Positions 13,201-25,600 of a stretch of 64,000 bases of DNA are shown piece after piece. The stretch covers positions 1,612,001-1,676,000 of the forward strand of contig VJWM01000025.1 of NCBI GenBank assembly GCA_010909165.1, in the 5' to 3' direction. The translations under genes were made by a program, and so were the position numbers. A model generated the notes under the pieces. It saw only the letters and a list, made by a program, of their open reading frames with translations. It searched no databases and was not told the DNA's origin. Origin of the DNA: Anthoceros angustus (lineage: Eukaryota; Plantae; Anthocerotophyta). The stretch's first letter is position 1. Each line of letters opens with the position of its first letter.

Positions 13201-13562
13201 TCGAGGACCTCACGATATGGCGCGCTCCGGAGGTAGGCGATAACTTTGTTGTGGCTGCGAGGCAGACGAAGGTGCAACTTTCTACCGGTTAGGTGCACCG
13301 TTGCTTCCCACAAAGCGATGTGGCAAGAACATGTCCTTGGAGCCTTCGTACTTTCCTCCGCGATGATATTGTAGTGGGCCAATATTACCAGGGGCTTGAG
13401 CCAGACGGTCATGTTTACACCCTAGACCTGGATGAAGCAGAGTGCATACTCCCTGCTGCAACGGTGCACACTTGCAAGTTTGCACTCTTCCAGCGAGTGT
13501 TAGATGGTCGTGAGGTATTTGAGTTAGACCCAGACACTTTAGAGACGTTCAGGTCTTTATAA
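10286..13562 (+). pseudogene. Putative DNA-transposon transposase (RNase H-fold DDD/E type, superfamily uncertain), spliced and heavily frameshifted
   Basis: Intron 11293-11714 (HFLDTSQ|TEFFLRF). Cys clusters CCCRYHVE, CSCPC, CLMGNCNLCG. Catalytic-type motifs IDFSQNY..DEIQSMHW (~12345), WSDGAAS (~12610), degenerate HG(K)GEHDG (~12710); C-terminal LACFCGAC. Confidence 0.65.
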
Positions 13563-13837
13563 GGTCCTTGTTAGGAAGGGGCTGTCGAGGGAAGACCCAC
13601 CTGTTTTGATTAGGGCTAAATCGTGTCTGGGCACACTTGAGGCTTGACGCCAATTTTCATGGCCGATGTGGTGTTGATGGCACTCCCGGTTGCATGGGCC
13701 ACAAAATGGGTACACCACTTGCCATGTCTAGTGCGCACGCAGGACACACCCCAGTGTTGTTGCACACGAAGGCACTTGTGAACTTTTGACTTCACCGCCA
13801 TGTCTTAGTAAAAGGGACCATTTGGAAAGAAGTCGCC

Positions 13838-14275
13838 ATGTGGCTTCCTCTCAAGAAGACCGTCTTTAGTCCCGTATGTGAAGAGCCACAATGGCCGCGG
13901 GCGGCGACGAGGGCGGAGAAAGAGGGACCCGAGTTGCGAATGGTAGGTGTGATGGCCCGGCGCCACCCTCGTGTCGATCCCCTAGTGCCTGCAGGGACAG
14001 TTGCTGAGCAAATAGCGCACTGGACTGCAATTGCGGTCGAGTTGCGCAGGCAGTTAGCAGTGATCCGGCAAGGTCGGCAAGCAGGACTTCAGGCGCGTCT
14101 TCAAGCAGTGCCTGCGGCGCATGAGCAGGCGGTAATCACCGATTCTGGCGGACCAGAGGAGGATGACCCCGATGTGACTCCTCCTGACGACGAACACCTT
14201 ACAAGCGCGCGGACACCTCCAGAAATCCACGTTGCTGATGGGGGGGCCATTCCGCATGTGACTCGTGAGGGTTGA
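13838..14275 (+). CDS. Hypothetical protein, helical middle and acidic tail
   Basis: 145-aa ATG ORF; no recognised family. Confidence 0.3.
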   Translation: MWLPLKKTVFSPVCEEPQWPRAATRAEKEGPELRMVGVMARRHPRVDPLVPAGTVAEQIAHWTAIAVELRRQLAVIRQGRQAGLQARLQAVPAAHEQAVITDSGGPEEDDPDVTPPDDEHLTSARTPPEIHVADGGAIPHVTREG

Positions 14276-14618
14276 GTCTCAAGCTATACTGTGATGGTAG
14301 CTTGCCCATGTGTGGTACTGCACGACGGCGTGCATGTAATCGCACAACTTCACCGGTCTCTACATGTATCTATGTTTTCAATCTATCCGAGAGCGAGCCA
14401 GACATAGCGAAACCTGAGCAATGGTGGCAATTTTAGATCTTATATTTCGACAATCTCGCAAGTTCCGCAACACTAGTTGCCTAAGGACTCAAAAGTGTGT
14501 CACTTGGACTTGGATCTAATTTCTTCGATCCAATCAAAACCCGAGAGGTACCCGTGCATTGATTCAATGTTTGTGAGCAGCTATGACCAACGAATGTAGC
14601 GTGATCTACAACACGACT

Positions 14619-16200
14619 CTACTTAGGCCGATTTGTACAAGCAGCCTTTAACATTGCCGTTGTTGCCGGATCCATCCAGAACAATGGCACCTCGTTCTTA
14701 TTGGGCTCCATCTTCTCTTGTTCCTCGAGGAGGAACTTCGCCGCTTTCACCAAGCTTGCACGCAAGACAACCGGTGCCCTGCTTTCCCCTGCTCAAAAGC
14801 TCATATATACCCGGCTCCACTGCCGGTAGTAGTTGCCCTCAGCCTCGGTTCTTAGGAAGAGGGTCACTATTCCACACGTCCCTCTCGATGTAGGCAGCTA
14901 GCTTGTGAACTCCCCTGACGCACTTCAGGACATAGAAGTCAACTTTTTCATCATTTTCAGCCTCAGCTGCCACCATGTAGTTGTCCCCGGGCTCCAATTC
15001 CCGCACACTTGGGTCCACAGGTTCTGCTACCACCTTCTGTCGGGTTGGCCGTTTTGGCTTAGTTGTTTTAATCGCTGCCCTCCGCTTGGATCCCCTTGTT
15101 CGTCCTCCCTCTCCGCTCACAGTGACCGACGGTACAGAGTGAGCTGTTACGGACTGAGCTGGAGTGACCTGCAAGGGTGCTGACGACTGCACTGGAGTCA
15201 CTTGATTACTCTTCTCCTTCTGCTGCACGCGCTCCGGATCCGCCGACTCTGTGTCTATTTCTAGTGTCCCCTTTGCCACCTCAAGTACAGTATCCGCCAC
15301 AGGTGCCACTTGATACGACACCAACTCCAGCGGCCTTGACTCCACATCTAGTGCACGACGGACACCAACTCCACCGCCTTGACTCCACATCTAGTGCACC
15401 ACCGACGGACACCAACTCCGCCTTGACTCCACATCTAGTGGTGCCACTTGAAACGACACCAACCCCACATCTAGTGGTGCCACTTGATCCGGCACCAACC
15501 CCACATCTACCGGTGTCACCATTATCCACTACCCTAATACCCGGAGGCACCAAAGGAGCACCTGTGATGGCATGTTGACCACCGATGGCATGTGTTCTTC
15601 CATGGCATCAGCCTCTAGTGCTTCCATAGCCTCCATAACGTCCGGGGCGGGGAGCTGCGTCATCTTCAAGAACAATACCGACTCATCACGGATCCGCCGA
15701 CTGTGTCTATTTCTAGTGTCCCTTTGCCACCTCAAGTCAAGTATCGCCACAGTGCCGAACGACACCAACTCCGGTGCCTTGACTCCACATCTAGTGCGGC
15801 CGCGATCGGACACCAACTCCGGTGCCTTGACTCCACATCTAGTGGCCGATCGGACACCAACTCCGGTGCCTTGACTCCACATCTAGTGTGTGTCGACCGA
15901 CACCAGTTCCACATCTAGTGGTGCCACTTGATCCGCACCAACCCCATATCTACTGGTGTCAGCTCATTATCCACTACCCTAATACCCATCGGGAGGCACC
16001 AAAGGAGCACCTGTGATGGCATGTTGACCACGATGGCATGTTCTTCCATGGCATCGCCTCTAGTGCTTCCATAGCCTCCATAACGTCCGAGGCAAGGCTG
16101 CATCTTGACAACAATCTTGACTCATCACGGATCCCGTGCTCCCCACTTGTGGCGTCTCTCCACATGCACGGTCTCCGGCTTCCTCACGTAAGGGGTAGCA
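14619..16200 (-). pseudogene. Degenerate gene: repeat-rich region plus a C-terminal domain homologous to the transposase C-terminus
   Basis: GDNYMVAAE..FYVLKC..GNYY..VY..KFLL..FWMDPATT aligns by eye with GDNFVVAAE..FY.VRC..GQYY..VY..KFAL..FELDPDTL at 13240-13562. Confidence 0.5.
15235..16135. repeat. Higher-order repeat: two ~450-bp units, each with ~36-45-bp minisatellite copies
   Basis: cgccgact.tgtgtctatttctagtgtccc at ~15241 and ~15696; gacaccaactcc(ggtg)ccttgactccacatctagtg repeated several times in each unit. Confidence 0.9.
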
Positions 16201-17529
16201 ACCCCAACCCCCGCCCTCCGTCGCCGGGTACACCGCAATGGATCCCAACGATCCTTGCCGCGAAGGAGTCATGTTAAATAAACTCTGCGTATTCTCGACA
16301 GCACGAGACCCACTACTTAGAAGGGCTTCGTAGCATGCGCAAAGGAGACAACACAAAGCCACGATCATGTCAAATCATGGTCGAATGCACCTCAAGAATG
16401 ACCGAAATCCAAGAAGTCGAACATAGGTACTGGAGATGCACATGTGATGTCACGAACACGCTGAACTTTATCCAGTGAGGAACCGGTCGATCTTTCACTA
16501 GATTGAAGAAATCGACTCCCATTCCTTAACCGCTTTGCCACCCTTCATTTTCACTTGAGTTTGGCGTTGTCCAACCTTTGGCTTTCACCATCGGGGTCAA
16601 CCGAGCACATCTTCGAGGGCACAAGTGTTTGCTGCAAATGCGCCACAAGCACGGCTCGTGGTACATGTGCCCACAAGACAACAACACTTGTTCACGAAGC
16701 CAAAGTATCGCAATATAGGGACAAAAGCCGTTAGCCTTGTTCGCGATAAAGTGATAGGCATCTTTAAAGAAAAATGATTGTAGACTACCTTGAGCAAATT
16801 GGATGCATTAACGGGATGGTTAGGGCACTCCGCCTCCAAGGGTGCCGGAGCCCATCCGTACCTTGCTCGACCCTCCGTCACATCCACCACAGCCTTTTAG
16901 TCAAGTGCACTCCACTGCTGGCAAGGCCACAACCATGCTTGCCCCGCCTATCTTGCTCAGATGTCTTGATGCCACCTCGCTAGCTCCTCCACCTTCCCCA
17001 ATGCTCCTTCTCTAGACCATACAGTTCTTGAAGTTGTTGCCCTAGGTGATTCACCAACGACGCTTCGTGAAGATCGTGTATCCTCCACGCGCCTTGTATA
17101 ACTTGATGCAGCTCTTCCATCTCCTGTAAACTTTTTCGAATATCGAACGCCACTTCCCCAAGCCGTTGCTTCTCCTCAATTAGTGTTAGAGTTAATTGTG
17201 TTTACCCTAACTCGGTTAGTGGTAGATTAGTTTAATTAGGGTTATCCTTGATATACTATTTAAACATGGACCAGTACTTTTTGTATTATTGCTCTTATTT
17301 TTCAATATATGCTTCCGTTGTCTTTGTCATGGTATCAGAGCCATGGAATTTCTTTTTTTGCCACAATCCGTATTTTGTCGATGATTTGCTAGCCATTGTC
17401 TATGGGAAATTGTTGTGGAGATTTGCTGGTGTATTTATCTACGTGATAAATGCCTCATTTCTCACAATCTGATGGCGCGTCGGGGAAGATGTGTTTTGAC
17501 GGATTCATTCTCGGTTTGCTGACAGGCTT

Positions 17530-17937
17530 GTGAATCAGCCATTGAGATCGGGCCGTGGTAGGAGATCACAACATGCTCTGTCACGGCGCGACCTGTTCTA
17601 TGATGGGATGCAGGTGTCTCGGGAAGAATCCCTAGCTGATTTCCTAGCCAGTTCAGATCAGAGGAGGAGAGCACCTGAATTCACGTCTCTTTCCCGGCTG
17701 GACAGCATCGAGTCTCTGCTTAGGCGCATCCTGGATGAGCAGGCTAGGCAGGCGACCCGTCTCGATTGCTTCGCTGTTAGAATTGCTGGCTTACTGGAGA
17801 GATTTGGTGAGTCACAGGGCCGGAAATCATCTCAGTATTGCGACTGTGGCTGTCAATTGCGTCGAGACTTTATGGCGAAGGGGAGCGCGGTGAAGATGCC
17901 GGCTTCCCCTCCGCATCGCGATGCAGGATTGCTGTAA
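17530..17937 (+). CDS. Extra ORF (ORF0) upstream of gag in copia 2
   Basis: 135-codon frame; helical LDSIESLLRRILDEQARQATRLD followed by CDCGC; probable original ATG at 17472 is out of frame by one base. Confidence 0.45.
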   Translation: MNQPLRSGRGRRSQHALSRRDLFYDGMQVSREESLADFLASSDQRRRAPEFTSLSRLDSIESLLRRILDEQARQATRLDCFAVRIAGLLERFGESQGRKSSQYCDCGCQLRRDFMAKGSAVKMPASPPHRDAGLL

Positions 17938-18047
17938 CTCGGATCAGGATGGGCGCGGCACATGTGAGCGTGATCTGAAGCGGTGCTTGCCTTGCTTGGT
18001 CGCGGTGTGCGTCATCCTGTCGCGGGTGGTTTTAACGGAAACGAAAT

Positions 18048-18230
18048 GGGTTCTTTTAGGGCTTCGGTGCGCTTAAGTTGGCATATCGTTTCGGGTTCCT
18101 TTTAGGGCTTTGGTGCGCTTAAGTTGGAATATCGGTTCGGTGGCCTTTTAGGGCATTGATGCATAAGTTGGAATATCGTTTCGGGTTCCTTTTAGGTCTT
18201 TGGTGCATTTAAGTTGTAATAACGTTTCGC
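18048..18230. repeat. 46-bp tandem repeat, about 4 copies, in the copia 2 leader
   Basis: Unit gggttccttttagggctttggtgcgcttaagttggaatatcgtttc. Confidence 0.9.
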
Positions 18231-18599
18231 TTTATAAGTTGAACCTGCTTTATGATGCGAAACGACTTGAGATTTCTTAGTTTCTTCTTTTAGAATAAGA
18301 ACTCTTGTATAGTTTTTCTCTGTAAGTCTAGAGTTTAGAGGTCATTTACCTTTCTTTCTAGATTGTGTATGTCGGACTCATCTTCCAGTAGTGAGCATGA
18401 TGATGCAGTAAGACCAGATCCCTTATGCAGGATGACTCTCGACTCGTCGAGGAACAAGCTAGGTTAAATTCTCAATTGCTTCAACTCTTCAACAGCTAGC
18501 ACGTTGAATACAAATACCTCGGTTCCTCAACCTCTTGTCTAGACCCCTGCTGTTCCATTCCCTCTTACCATGACGCTAGGGTGGTGCTTTGACAACTCT

Positions 18600-21500
18600 T
18601 GGAGCTACCTATTCGTGTGAATTTAAGGAGAAGGACCGGTTTGATGGCAAAGCTTCTCATATGAGAGTGGCGTGCGGATGCGAGCATTCTTGGATGCCGA
18701 GATGTGGGAATATGTTGACGTTCTTTTCCTAAACCCGATATCACAATTCGGTGTTACTCAAGACATGGTGGACAAGTGGAAAAGGGGAACAAAATAGCTT
18801 TTGCTATTCTACTTTCAGTCTAGATGAAACTATGGAGGTGGAGTCCTTACCAACAGCAATGAGGTTTGACGCAACGAAAGATACATATCGTGCAAAATAT
18901 TCTTACGCTTGTACATGCTAGGAATGAGTTTTATGGCTGCGAGAAGGAGATCCGTGGGACCACATATTGTGAAGTTCCGCCATTTGCGATCTCATAGGCT
19001 CTTGGATCTAGTATGATCAAGTGGACGTAGCTTGCTCAATTGCTATCCACCACGGCTTCTTTCGAACTTCGTGTCAAGCCAAAATACCTCCATTCGAGCT
19101 TCTTATCGGCTGTGAGTGCTGGTAGACCTTCCTTATAACGTTGAATGACTTGATTGGGGCTCTCCGCAAGAGGAACAGAGTCGCCATAAGTCGTGGCCTT
19201 CGCCCCGCCTCGGGAGAAGGTGCTTTACGTTGCAAAAGGAAAAGGACCAGGCACAACAATAAGAACAAGAAAGGAGTAGGTTTGTCTCGCCGCCCTCTTC
19301 TCCTCCTGCGGCTGTGGTGCTTGTAATCGTGTCAAATTCCGTGGCATTGGGAGCGTGATTGCGAAGAAAAGGCGAACCAAAGAAGGAAGTTCGCCCTTTG
19401 GCTCATGTTAGTACCAAGGAGCATCTTCGGACAACAGCAACATAAAAGCAGTGCGTGTTGATCGTGTGTCTAATTTCGAGTAAGGAGAATTCATTTATGT
19501 GGTTTGTAGATTCGGATCTACTTCGCACATTTGTAACAACAGGAAGCTATTTTCTAAGTTCAGCTATCAATCACCTTTTCGACTGCTTATGGTGATTCTA
19601 GGGGACTAGAAGTGGAAGGTAGTGGTGAAGTTTGCATACCTTTGTTAGATGGTACAAGCTTGCTACTTTCGATGTGTTGTTTGTTCTCGCAATGAGCAAA
19701 ACTTGCTTTCTGTTAGAGTCACATTTCCTGGTGACTTTGGGTTTAGCTTTGAACATTTGCATTGTTATATGTATAGATTACAATTGCGTGAATTATGTTG
19801 CAAAGGCTACCTTAGTTGATGATTTGTATCGACGATATTTCTCCTTGTACTTTTACTCCTAGTGCTCATGCTTTAGTAACCTCTTCTTCTCATCAAGCTA
19901 GCTTATGGCATGCACGTCAGGTCATGTCAATAAGGCTAAGCTAACTTGATGTCTCACTCAAGTCGCTACCGAGAGAAGCGCCTCCTTGTTTCAAGCACCT
20001 TGCTCGCAGCGTGTGTATCTTGTCCAAGGTATGAGCTTCCTTTTAAGAATCAATCGGCCACTCGAGCTAAAGCAGTTTTGGAGTTGATACATGCAGATCT
20101 AGCGGGAAAGCTTCCAGTGAAATCACTTGGTGGGTCTGAGTATTATCTTTCTCTCACAGATGATTTTTCACGTTATACATGGACCTTTCCCTTGCAGTTG
20201 AAGAGTGACGTCTTTGAGCATATCTCCTCTTGGATTCCTATGGTTCAAAGACAAACAGGGCATTTGGTCAAGTGCTTTCGCACGGATAATGGTGGAGAGT
20301 TTACTGGCCATAGGTTTGATGAGCTTTTTCAGCAGTTTGGGATCATACGTCAACTTTCTGTTCCTTATACACAACAACAGAATGGAGTTGCTGAAAGGAA
20401 GAATCAAACCTTGATGGGAATGACTCGAGCATGTTGGCTTGGGTGGTCTTCCTAAATCCTTTTAATGAGGTAGTTGCGACTACTTATATTTTGAATAGAG
20501 TTGTGATCACACTGTTGCACTTATGAAGCCTTTTGGGGCGCAAGCCAAGTCTTCTTCATTTACGTGTTTTTGGATCTCCGCTTTTGCATTCATTCCGAGG
20601 CCAAGAGGGGAAGTTAGATGCAAGGTCGAAGCCTCTTATTTTTCTTGGCTACTCGGAAGAATCCAAAGCATACAAGTTGTTTGATCCCACGACCTATAAG
20701 ATGACGTTGGCGAGGAGTGTTACCTTTAAGGAGATCACTTCTCACACCGATTCTTTCTAGCTCCCCGACGCTATGGATGATGTGCGGAGGATATGAGTGA
20801 CCTGTGTTATGTTTCCACGACGGATGGAGCGTTGGATGGTGAGCTTCCTTTAGCTCCAACTGCGGTAGATGATACACCGCCATACCGGTGTGGTTGATTC
20901 ACTGCTTCGATGATGCACCCACTTCTTCTCATGCTTCCCTTGATGATGAGGTTGCTGGTCTTGATGAATCTTGTTCCCCCTCCGCAGCATCCCGCCCCGA
21001 TATTCATTGAGAGGCGTCAGTACTCGTGATCGGATTGAATGTATCGATCTATAGACTTTAGGAAGTCTTCACTAATGTAGCATTTATTTCCATACCCGAG
21101 GTTAGACCGATCCTCTATATAGAGAAGCTTTAGATGGCCCCGATGGGGAACATTGGCGGGTCTCCATAGCGTATGAGTATAACTCTCTTGTTAAAAATAA
21201 CACTTGGGAGCTTGTGGATCGCCACCGGGAGAAAGCCTATAACTTGTAAATGGGTTTTCAAAACTAAGTTAAAGGTGATGGGACCATTGCTAGATATAAG
21301 TCTAGATTGGTTGCTAGGGGCTTTAGTCAAATTCCGTGAATTGATTATGGAGACACCTTTAGTCCAGCTTGTTAAGCCTCCATCATCCGCATACTTTTAG
21401 CTATGGCTGGAGTTTAATTTAGAACTTCATCAAATGGATGTTTGTACGCTTTTGCATGGTGAACTTGAGGAGGTTCTCTATATGACGCAAGGGGTTTGTT

Positions 21501-22620
21501 AGTAGAAAGTTTCCAAAGAAGGTTTGTAAGTTGCTCAAGACTTTATATGGATTAAAGCAGAGTCCGAGAGCTGGTTTAAGCGGATTATGAAGTTTTTGAA
21601 ACGCGTGGGTTCATTCGATCCGGCGACATACAAATGTTTTCTATCTTTTAGCAGGCGCCTTGTTTGTAATCTTAGCTTTGTATGTGGATGATGCAATCCT
21701 ACTTAGTAATAGTATGCAGCAGATGGATGAAGTCAAGGCAATATTGCGGTCGGAGTTCGAGATGACCGACCAGGGTCCTCTGGAGTTTTGTTTAGGAGTT
21801 CAAATCCTTAGAGACAGGCAACAAGGGGTTATTGTTCTTCATCAAACAAAATATTTTAAGGAAATATTAACACGTTTCCATTTGGAGGATGCTCGACCGC
21901 AACAACTCCTTATTCGGGGGAGAAGCTTACGATAGAGCGCCTCTCCAGTCGATAAGGAAGATATGTCTACTGCTCCTGCGTCAAGCTGGTGTTTGATTTT
22001 CGCTAATTGGACTAGGCCGATATTTCTTATGCCGTTGACGGTTTCTTAAGAACCCGGGTAAACCTCACGGAATGCTGAAGAGGATATATCGTTACCTCAA
22101 GGGTACATTGGCTTATGGTCTTCATTATACATCAAGTGGCAGCAAAGATTTTACTCTTACATCCTTGATTGGGATCAAGTGACCGACACTAGAAGGAGTT
22201 TGTCGGCTTATGCGTGCATTTTAGCTTCCGAGTCGTTAATGGTCATGCAAGAAACAAGCGTCCTTGGCACTTTCTTCTACGGAGGCGAATATAAGGCACT
22301 AACCGATGCTTGTAAAGAGGTGGAATGGAACGGCAATTTTGGATTCTATCAAGTTGACACGGAGGATGCCACTTCCTTGTTTTGTGACAATATGTCGGCT
22401 ATCGCTCTTGTTGCTAATCCTAGGTTTCATGCGAGAACAAAGCATATCGAGCTTTATCATCATTATATTAGGGATGTTGCGTAACGTGGTTTGGTCCGTG
22501 CAATATGTGGCGACTTCGTAAAACGCGTCGATATATTGACAAAGGGTCTTTCACAACCTAGGCATTTTAAGCATCTTGCTAGTTTGGGTTTAAGGGAGTT
22601 TAAGCTCCCAACCCCTATAT
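18600..22620 (+). pseudogene. copia 2 gag-pol remnants
   Basis: FKEKDRFDG gag start; integrase LELIHADLAG, FRTDNGGEF, QQNGVAERKN; RT ALYVDD; RNase H CDNMSAI, HARTKHIE. Confidence 0.9.
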
Positions 22621-25600
22621 CAAAATCCTGAATTTATATATATGAGGAGAGTGACACTTGGTTTTCTACAATATGGAATTACTATCTAATTTTCAGCTAT
22701 ACTCTCCTATGTATTTTTGGGATTTATGGACCTGCAAAATCTGAACATAAGTGAAATGAGATTGGCACTGGTGGATGAAGCATCATTTGTTATTCAACGC
22801 AGCAGATCGAAACACACAAATCGAAAAAAAAACAACAATGTTTTAAAGGGAAAAAGTGCCGACCAGTATGTGTGTTGCAGACGAAGTCTCAAGTCCTTTG
22901 CCCTCATCTCTTCGACTGGCTACCCTTTTGTATTTCTTCGCGAGTGGCTCTCGGCTTGTGTCTTCATCCGGCCTGGACAAGATCGCGATGTCTTTTGTTG
23001 CGATTGAGCCTGGACGCAGGGTCAATCTTTTGGTTGTCAGCCAAAGCAAGCTCGCCGGGCAGGGCCATTCTCCGTCACCCCAGCCGACCGATCTGCTGGT
23101 GGCGCCTCCTTTCGGCTGTGGCGCTGGAGTGTGTGAGCGGGCGCGATTCAGATCGCTGGAGAATCGATCACGCCCGGCGTCATACCGTTTGTGGTTCCCG
23201 GCGCGCCATGGACGCCACGCTTGAGGTTGTCCCAGGAATCGGAGTGCGCGGCATGGTTTTTCTCCGCGATGTGTGGCGCCGCCACCGTGGCGATCGTGGT
23301 GTTGGACGCGTGGTGACTGGCGCCGCTGTGTGCTATGGGTGTGATTTTAAGCTCGGGCGTGGCACGCTTCGAGTGTCCTGCCGCTATCGCGAGAAATGTG
23401 TCCTTGGTCAGTGGAGTTAGTTTGCACGCTTGCTTGTGCTTTGTGTTTCCTCGTGTGTTTACGGACTTGGTGTGGTGTTGTTTCGTTCGTGTGGCTTTAA
23501 CTCCTTTTAACCTCGTTAGGTTAAGTGGGGTGTTAGAGTTAATTGTGTTTACCCTAACTCGGTAGTGGTAGATTAGTTTAATTAGGGTTATCCTTGATAT
23601 ACTATTTAAACATGGACCAAGATTTTTGTATTATTGCTCTTATTTTCAATATATGCTCGTTGTCTTTTGTCAATTAGCGTGGCTTTTGCCGCTTTGGCAT
23701 TGGCATAGTGTCCCACCCAAAGCAATTGCGGTTATTCGTCCTCCGCCTCCACGGCGAGGTGCTCAGAGCTCTTGGCCTGACCGAGTTGAGGTTCCCGCAC
23801 TGCCGACACGTAACACGGGTCATTAGGGGTGACACAATGCTCACACCACATAGCATAGCGTAGGAGGACACCACACCTATCAGTGCCATGCCATGACAGT
23901 GGATGCCATGTGTAATACTAGCATGCTCTAGCGCTCGAACCTCGGATCGGTGCACATCAAGCGTTGATAAAGGCATGCCAAGTGACACCGTGTTACCCGG
24001 CATGACTGAAAGTGACACGCAAAACGGATCGAGGCCACGTAACTTGTTCAAGGGGATCGATTACTGCATTGTACCCAAAGTCGCACTCTAGAAATCAAAT
24101 ATCACAAGCATAAAGGCAACACCGGCCACGCACTCACTCTTGTCCACCATGACAAAAATGAGTCAGGTACTTACCACCAGCATGCTCAATGTCCTTGGGT
24201 CAGCCTCATGTACCACGAGATCGCCTTGTGACACTCCATCTCCAAGCAATCCAGCCTGCCTTCACCTTCTCCCTTTTCTCCTCCGTGTCTTGGCGTGCTT
24301 CTCAATGCCTTCTGCCGCCATCTTGTACTTGTTCGCTCACCATGACACCCTCCACCTTCCATTACAATACCAAGGCACATAAGGCGAGGGATCCTTTTGC
24401 CATCTATGGAGGGCCTCAATTTATATATATGGGCAGGTCGTCCACCTACAGTACTCTTCATTGGTCAACCTCGTCCGCTTGCTTCCACTTGTAGCCCTTG
24501 CTCGCATGGAGCTCCAAACCAAGACCGGATTGCATCGCCTCCAACTCGATCTCGCAAGGCCCCTACGATGCATGTGTCTCAACATTGCACCCTTCGCACC
24601 TGTAGTCCGCCCATCGCTGGCCCGCCACCACTGTAGTTAGGGGCCTTTTGGGAGATCCCTGATGGCATCTATTACTCCTCCTCGCTTAGCACCGCTCCTT
24701 CCCTTCTTGCTTCTTTGCGACTCCTACTATTAGACCTCCCACGTCAGGCCTTGCTAGGTTGAGACTCTTCTACCTCACCACCGGGTGGCACTCTCACCGA
24801 CTCCTCGCCTTTAGTGATGAGGATTCCACCCGTTGCTCACTGGAAACATACCACACGTAGATCCCACCCAAGATACACACCCACCGCATACGCCCACACA
24901 CTTAGTCACGCACCGCACACACAAGTCGCCCTTTAGCCAAACACACATGTAGTCTCAAACACAAGTCATCCATGCCGCAAGTGCAAGGCAGCAGGAGGTA
25001 GCCGCGGCTCAAGACGCAAGGACGGCACGATCGCCGCCACCAAGAATTCAAGATGCTTGCTCAAGAATCGCTCAAGACGCGCTGCTCGCCGAGCTGGACC
25101 CAACAGGCCGAGATAAAGACGTGAGCACGCTGCGGCCGAGCGTGCACAATGCGACTCCTAGTTCCGTGCTGCCACCACACAAAACCTCCACAACAACCCT
25201 CCGCCTATGCGCTCATGCCACAACAAACATGCAAACAAGCCCTGCCACACCACAACAACCATCCGTGATGCTTCAATTGCAAAGCCAGACGCAATCAACA
25301 CAAAAGTGTCAAGCAAACACACTAGGGGCTACACAAAAGCATAGCCATCACAAGAACCTCGCTTACACACCTAGAAACCGAGTTCGTAAACTCCACTGAC
25401 AAGGGGCATCGAGGCTCCTCTCGCCCCTCTTGCATCCGAGCAAGAGCCCAATTGTCGAGGTGTTCTTTCAACATCGCCACCGGCGGAGCCGCCTCACGCA
25501 GAAAAGAGCTGGCTGACGCATACGAGTATGGCATGGCTTGTAGAAGAAGCCCAAACACACCTTGCGCCTTGCTCCCACTGGCTTCCTCCTTTGCCGCCGC

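Larger units (their letters stand above)
17184..23672 (+). mobile_element. Ty1/copia LTR retrotransposon 2, full length, highly degenerate
   Basis: LTRs 17184-17329 and 23531-23672. PBS tggtatcagagcc 17330-17342. PPT aagtgggg 23523-23530. TSD ATTAG on both sides. Confidence 0.96.

Noticed and set aside
13616-13801. 61-aa Cys/His-rich minus-strand ORF
   Set aside because: Too short, with no recognisable finger spacing and no supporting copy
15280-15910. CRISPR-like repeat array
   Set aside because: Eukaryotic context, no unique spacers of regular length, no cas genes; it is a minisatellite
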